Assembly: GCA_963841435.1 (NCBI GenBank)
Contig: CAWJCS010000005.1
Location: forward strand, 192,001-256,000
Reading direction: 5' to 3'
DNA from: an uncultured delta proteobacterium
Lineage (GTDB): Bacteria; Myxococcota_A; Polyangia; Polyangiales; Polyangiaceae
Length of the DNA: 64,000 nucleotides
Shown here: in pieces, positions 61,460 through 64,000 of the stretch
Layout of the letters: the number at the start of each line of letters is the position of its first letter
Position numbering within the stretch: position 1 is the first letter of the stretch
Notes under the pieces: model-generated
What the model saw: only the letters and a program-made list of their open reading frames with translations
Databases searched by the model: none
What the model was told of the DNA's origin: nothing
Translations under genes and position numbers: made by a program

Positions 61460-64000
61460 ATGCGTGCATCCATGCGTCGTCCCTTTCACGCAACGTTCGT
61501 TCTCGCTGCGCTCGCGCTGAGCGCAACCATGCTCTTCGATCCGCGGCCCGTCTTCGCGCAGGGCGTCAGACCTCCGACTCTCGTCGAGGAAGTGGACGCC
61601 ACGTGGCCCGGAGAGGCTCGTCCGGACGACCTCACCGTCCCGGTCATTGTGACCATCACGAAGGAGGGCAGCGTGTCGGCGGTGGAGGTCACCGCGAGCG
61701 CCGGGGCGGACCTCGACCAGGCCGTCGTCGCAGCGGCGCGGCGCTGGCGCTTCGAGCCGGCGCGGCGCGGCGACGAACCGGTCGCCGCTCGCGTGCGCGC
61801 CCTCGTGCGCTTTCCGGGCAAACCTCCCGCTCCGCCGCCGGCAGCGCCGACCCATTGGCCTGCTCGCGCACCGGGTACGGGGGTGTCGCCGGCTGCGCCG
61901 TCGACAACAGCACCTCGGGAAGCGACGGTGCCCGACTCGGCGACGCCCGTCGGGGCAGCGACGTCGACCCCCGCAGCGGAAGCTGCCGCGTCCACCACCC
62001 CCACGGCGCCACCCGAGGCCGAGGCCAGCCCCGAGGAGGTCGTCGTGACGGGCCGCGCGCACGCGCCGCTGCGTGGCGCATCCGACTACGTCCTGCCGAT
62101 CCGCGAGCTGTCGCGCGTGCCACGCAAGAACGCGTCCGAGCTGCTCGAGCTCGCGCCGGGCATTTTCTTGACGAACGAAGGCGGCGAGGGCCACGCCGAG
62201 CGCGTCTACTTGCGGGGCTTCGACGCTCGCGAGGGCCAGGACGTCGAGCTGTCGCTCGACGGCGTGCCAGTCAACGAGAGCGGCAACCTGCACGGCAACG
62301 GTTTCGCGGACCTGCACTTCATCATCCCCGAGCTCGTGCACACGCTCCGGGTGCTCGAGGGTCCGTTCGATCCACACCAGGGTAACTACGCGGTCGCTGG
62401 TAGCGCCGACTACCAGCTCGGGCTCGAGCAGCGCGGCCTTACCCTGAAGTACGGGCGCGGATCGTTCGGTGCGGAACGCCTGCTCGTCACGTTCGGCCCG
62501 CCCGGCGCGAGTGTCCACACGCTGGCGGGCGCCGAACTCTACCGCACCGGCGGCTTCGGCCAGAACCGCAGCGCGCGGCGCGCGAGCAGCATGGCAGAGT
62601 ACGAGGGCACGCTCGGGCGCTCGACGAGCTTCCGGCTCGCAGGCACTGGCTACGCGACCAGCTACCACGAGGCGGGCCTGCTGCGCGCCGACGATGTCGC
62701 GAGCGGCCGCGAGGGTTTCTTCGATACCTACGACCCGCACCAGGGCGGCAACGCCACGCGCTTTCAAGCAATGGCGGACCTCGAGAGCCGCGCCGGAAAC
62801 TTCGTGCTCTACCAGCAGCTCTTCGCGATCCGGCGCACGATGCGCCTGCGCGAGAACTTCACGGGCTTCTTGCTCGACACACAGGAGGCGATCCAGGAGC
62901 CACACGGCCAACGTGGCGACCTGTTCGATCTTGCCGTCGGCGAAACGACGTACGGCCTGCGCGGTCACGCGCGCAGCCAGATCGACGCTTTTGGCCGCCC
63001 CCAGGAGCTCGAGCTCGGCTACTTCGCCCGCGGCGACCACGTGGACGGGACGCGCCAGCGCATCGACGCGGCGAGCAACCACCCATACGAGACCGACACC
63101 GATCTCCACTCTGAGCTAGCGGACATCGGCCTTTACGCCGACGTCGCGCTCCGCCCGTTCGAGAAGGTGACATTGCGCGGCGGTGCCCGCTCAGACCTCT
63201 TTTCCTACGACGTGCTCGACGCCTGCGCCGTCCAGGGCGTGTCGCTCCCCGACCCCGATCACCCGCCGGGCGACGCGAGCTGCCTCGACCAGGAGCGCGG
63301 CGGCGAGCACCGCGAGCCGACCCAGCGCTCGTCGACCGCGGCGACCAAGCTGATGCCGCGCGCGGCGGCCCAGATCGGCCCTTTCAGTCACTTCACGCTC
63401 TCGCTCGCCTGGGGCCAGGGCGTGCGCTCGATCGATCCTAGCTACGTGACGGACGACGTCCAAACGCCGTTCGCGAGCATCGAAGCGGAAGAAGGCGGCG
63501 TCAGCTTCGCAAAGAGCTTCGAAACGCTCGCCATGACGGCGCGCTCCGTGTTCTTCCGCACGCACGTCGACCGCGATCTGATTTTCAGCGAAACGGAAGG
63601 TCGCACGATTCTCGGCGGTGGCACCACGCGCCTCGGCTGGACGGGAGCGCTGCGCCTCACGGCACCCTTCATCGACGAGAACGCCAACGTCACGCTGGTG
63701 CGCTCGGCTTTCGACGACAACGGGTTGCTCGTTCCGTACGTTCCCGACGCCGTGGTTCGCTCCGACACGGCGCTCACGGCCGATCTGCCGGTTTCAGTGG
63801 ACGGCACACCGCCGCGCGGCTCGCTGGCCGCGGGCGTGAGCTACATCGGTCGCCGCGCGCTGCCGTACGGGCAGCGCAGCCAGACCATCTTCACGGTAGA
63901 CGGCTCCGCTGCGGTTCGTTTCCGGGCCTTCGAGCTCACGCTCGAAATCACGAACGTCTTCGACACGCGCTACCGCCTCGCCGAATACGACTACGTCTCG
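61460..64000 (+). CDS. TonB-dependent receptor with fused N-terminal TonB_C domain; partial
   Basis: Hand translation: signal peptide, …AAARRWRFEPARRGDEPV (TonB_C), Pro linker, EEVVVTG, plug GGEGHAERVYLRGFDAREGQD…NLHGNGFADLHFIIPE, then beta-barrel; runs off the window. Confidence 0.9.
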   Translation, partial: MRASMRRPFHATFVLAALALSATMLFDPRPVFAQGVRPPTLVEEVDATWPGEARPDDLTVPVIVTITKEGSVSAVEVTASAGADLDQAVVAAARRWRFEPARRGDEPVAARVRALVRFPGKPPAPPPAAPTHWPARAPGTGVSPAAPSTTAPREATVPDSATPVGAATSTPAAEAAASTTPTAPPEAEASPEEVVVTGRAHAPLRGASDYVLPIRELSRVPRKNASELLELAPGIFLTNEGGEGHAERVYLRGFDAREGQDVELSLDGVPVNESGNLHGNGFADLHFIIPELVHTLRVLEGPFDPHQGNYAVAGSADYQLGLEQRGLTLKYGRGSFGAERLLVTFGPPGASVHTLAGAELYRTGGFGQNRSARRASSMAEYEGTLGRSTSFRLAGTGYATSYHEAGLLRADDVASGREGFFDTYDPHQGGNATRFQAMADLESRAGNFVLYQQLFAIRRTMRLRENFTGFLLDTQEAIQEPHGQRGDLFDLAVGETTYGLRGHARSQIDAFGRPQELELGYFARGDHVDGTRQRIDAASNHPYETDTDLHSELADIGLYADVALRPFEKVTLRGGARSDLFSYDVLDACAVQGVSLPDPDHPPGDASCLDQERGGEHREPTQRSSTAATKLMPRAAAQIGPFSHFTLSLAWGQGVRSIDPSYVTDDVQTPFASIEAEEGGVSFAKSFETLAMTARSVFFRTHVDRDLIFSETEGRTILGGGTTRLGWTGALRLTAPFIDENANVTLVRSAFDDNGLLVPYVPDAVVRSDTALTADLPVSVDGTPPRGSLAAGVSYIGRRALPYGQRSQTIFTVDGSAAVRFRAFELTLEITNVFDTRYRLAEYDYVS

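Overview
Very GC-rich bacterial DNA. The gene style (lipoproteins with long Gly/Ser/Thr linkers, a MYXO-CTERM-like tail, a Ser/Thr kinase-PEGA operon, a TonB_C-fused receptor) points to a Polyangiaceae/Sorangium-like myxobacterium; this is inference, no database search was run. About 50 genes are present. Metabolic genes: divergent ilvY-ilvC, xylulokinase, a phosphate-scavenging trio (pstS, 5'-nucleotidase, metallophosphoesterase), egtB-egtD, an ACE-like M2 peptidase and an SGNH hydrolase. Stress and signalling genes: a hybrid histidine kinase, a KUP/KimA-like permease fused to two USP domains, MscS coupled to a large membrane ATPase, arsM-ECF sigma-ferritin-like, and ArsR-SRPBCC. There are many surface lipoproteins and a cassette-like accessory stretch with a MazEF-type TA pair. 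About ten genes, including ilvC, carry small frameshifts that are most likely assembly errors. The best leads for new biology are: (1) a His/Cys-rich leader ORF ending in APKCSPP upstream of a TonB-dependent receptor, a possible metal-sensing ribosome-arrest system; (2) an MscS coupled to an MscK-like coiled-coil/TM/P-loop ATPase, facing a KUP-USP-USP transporter; (3) a Cys-tailed ECF sigma with no anti-sigma in an operon with arsM; (4) an unnamed Cys-containing domain on two tandem lipoproteins. No rRNA, tRNA, CRISPR array or transposase was recognised.
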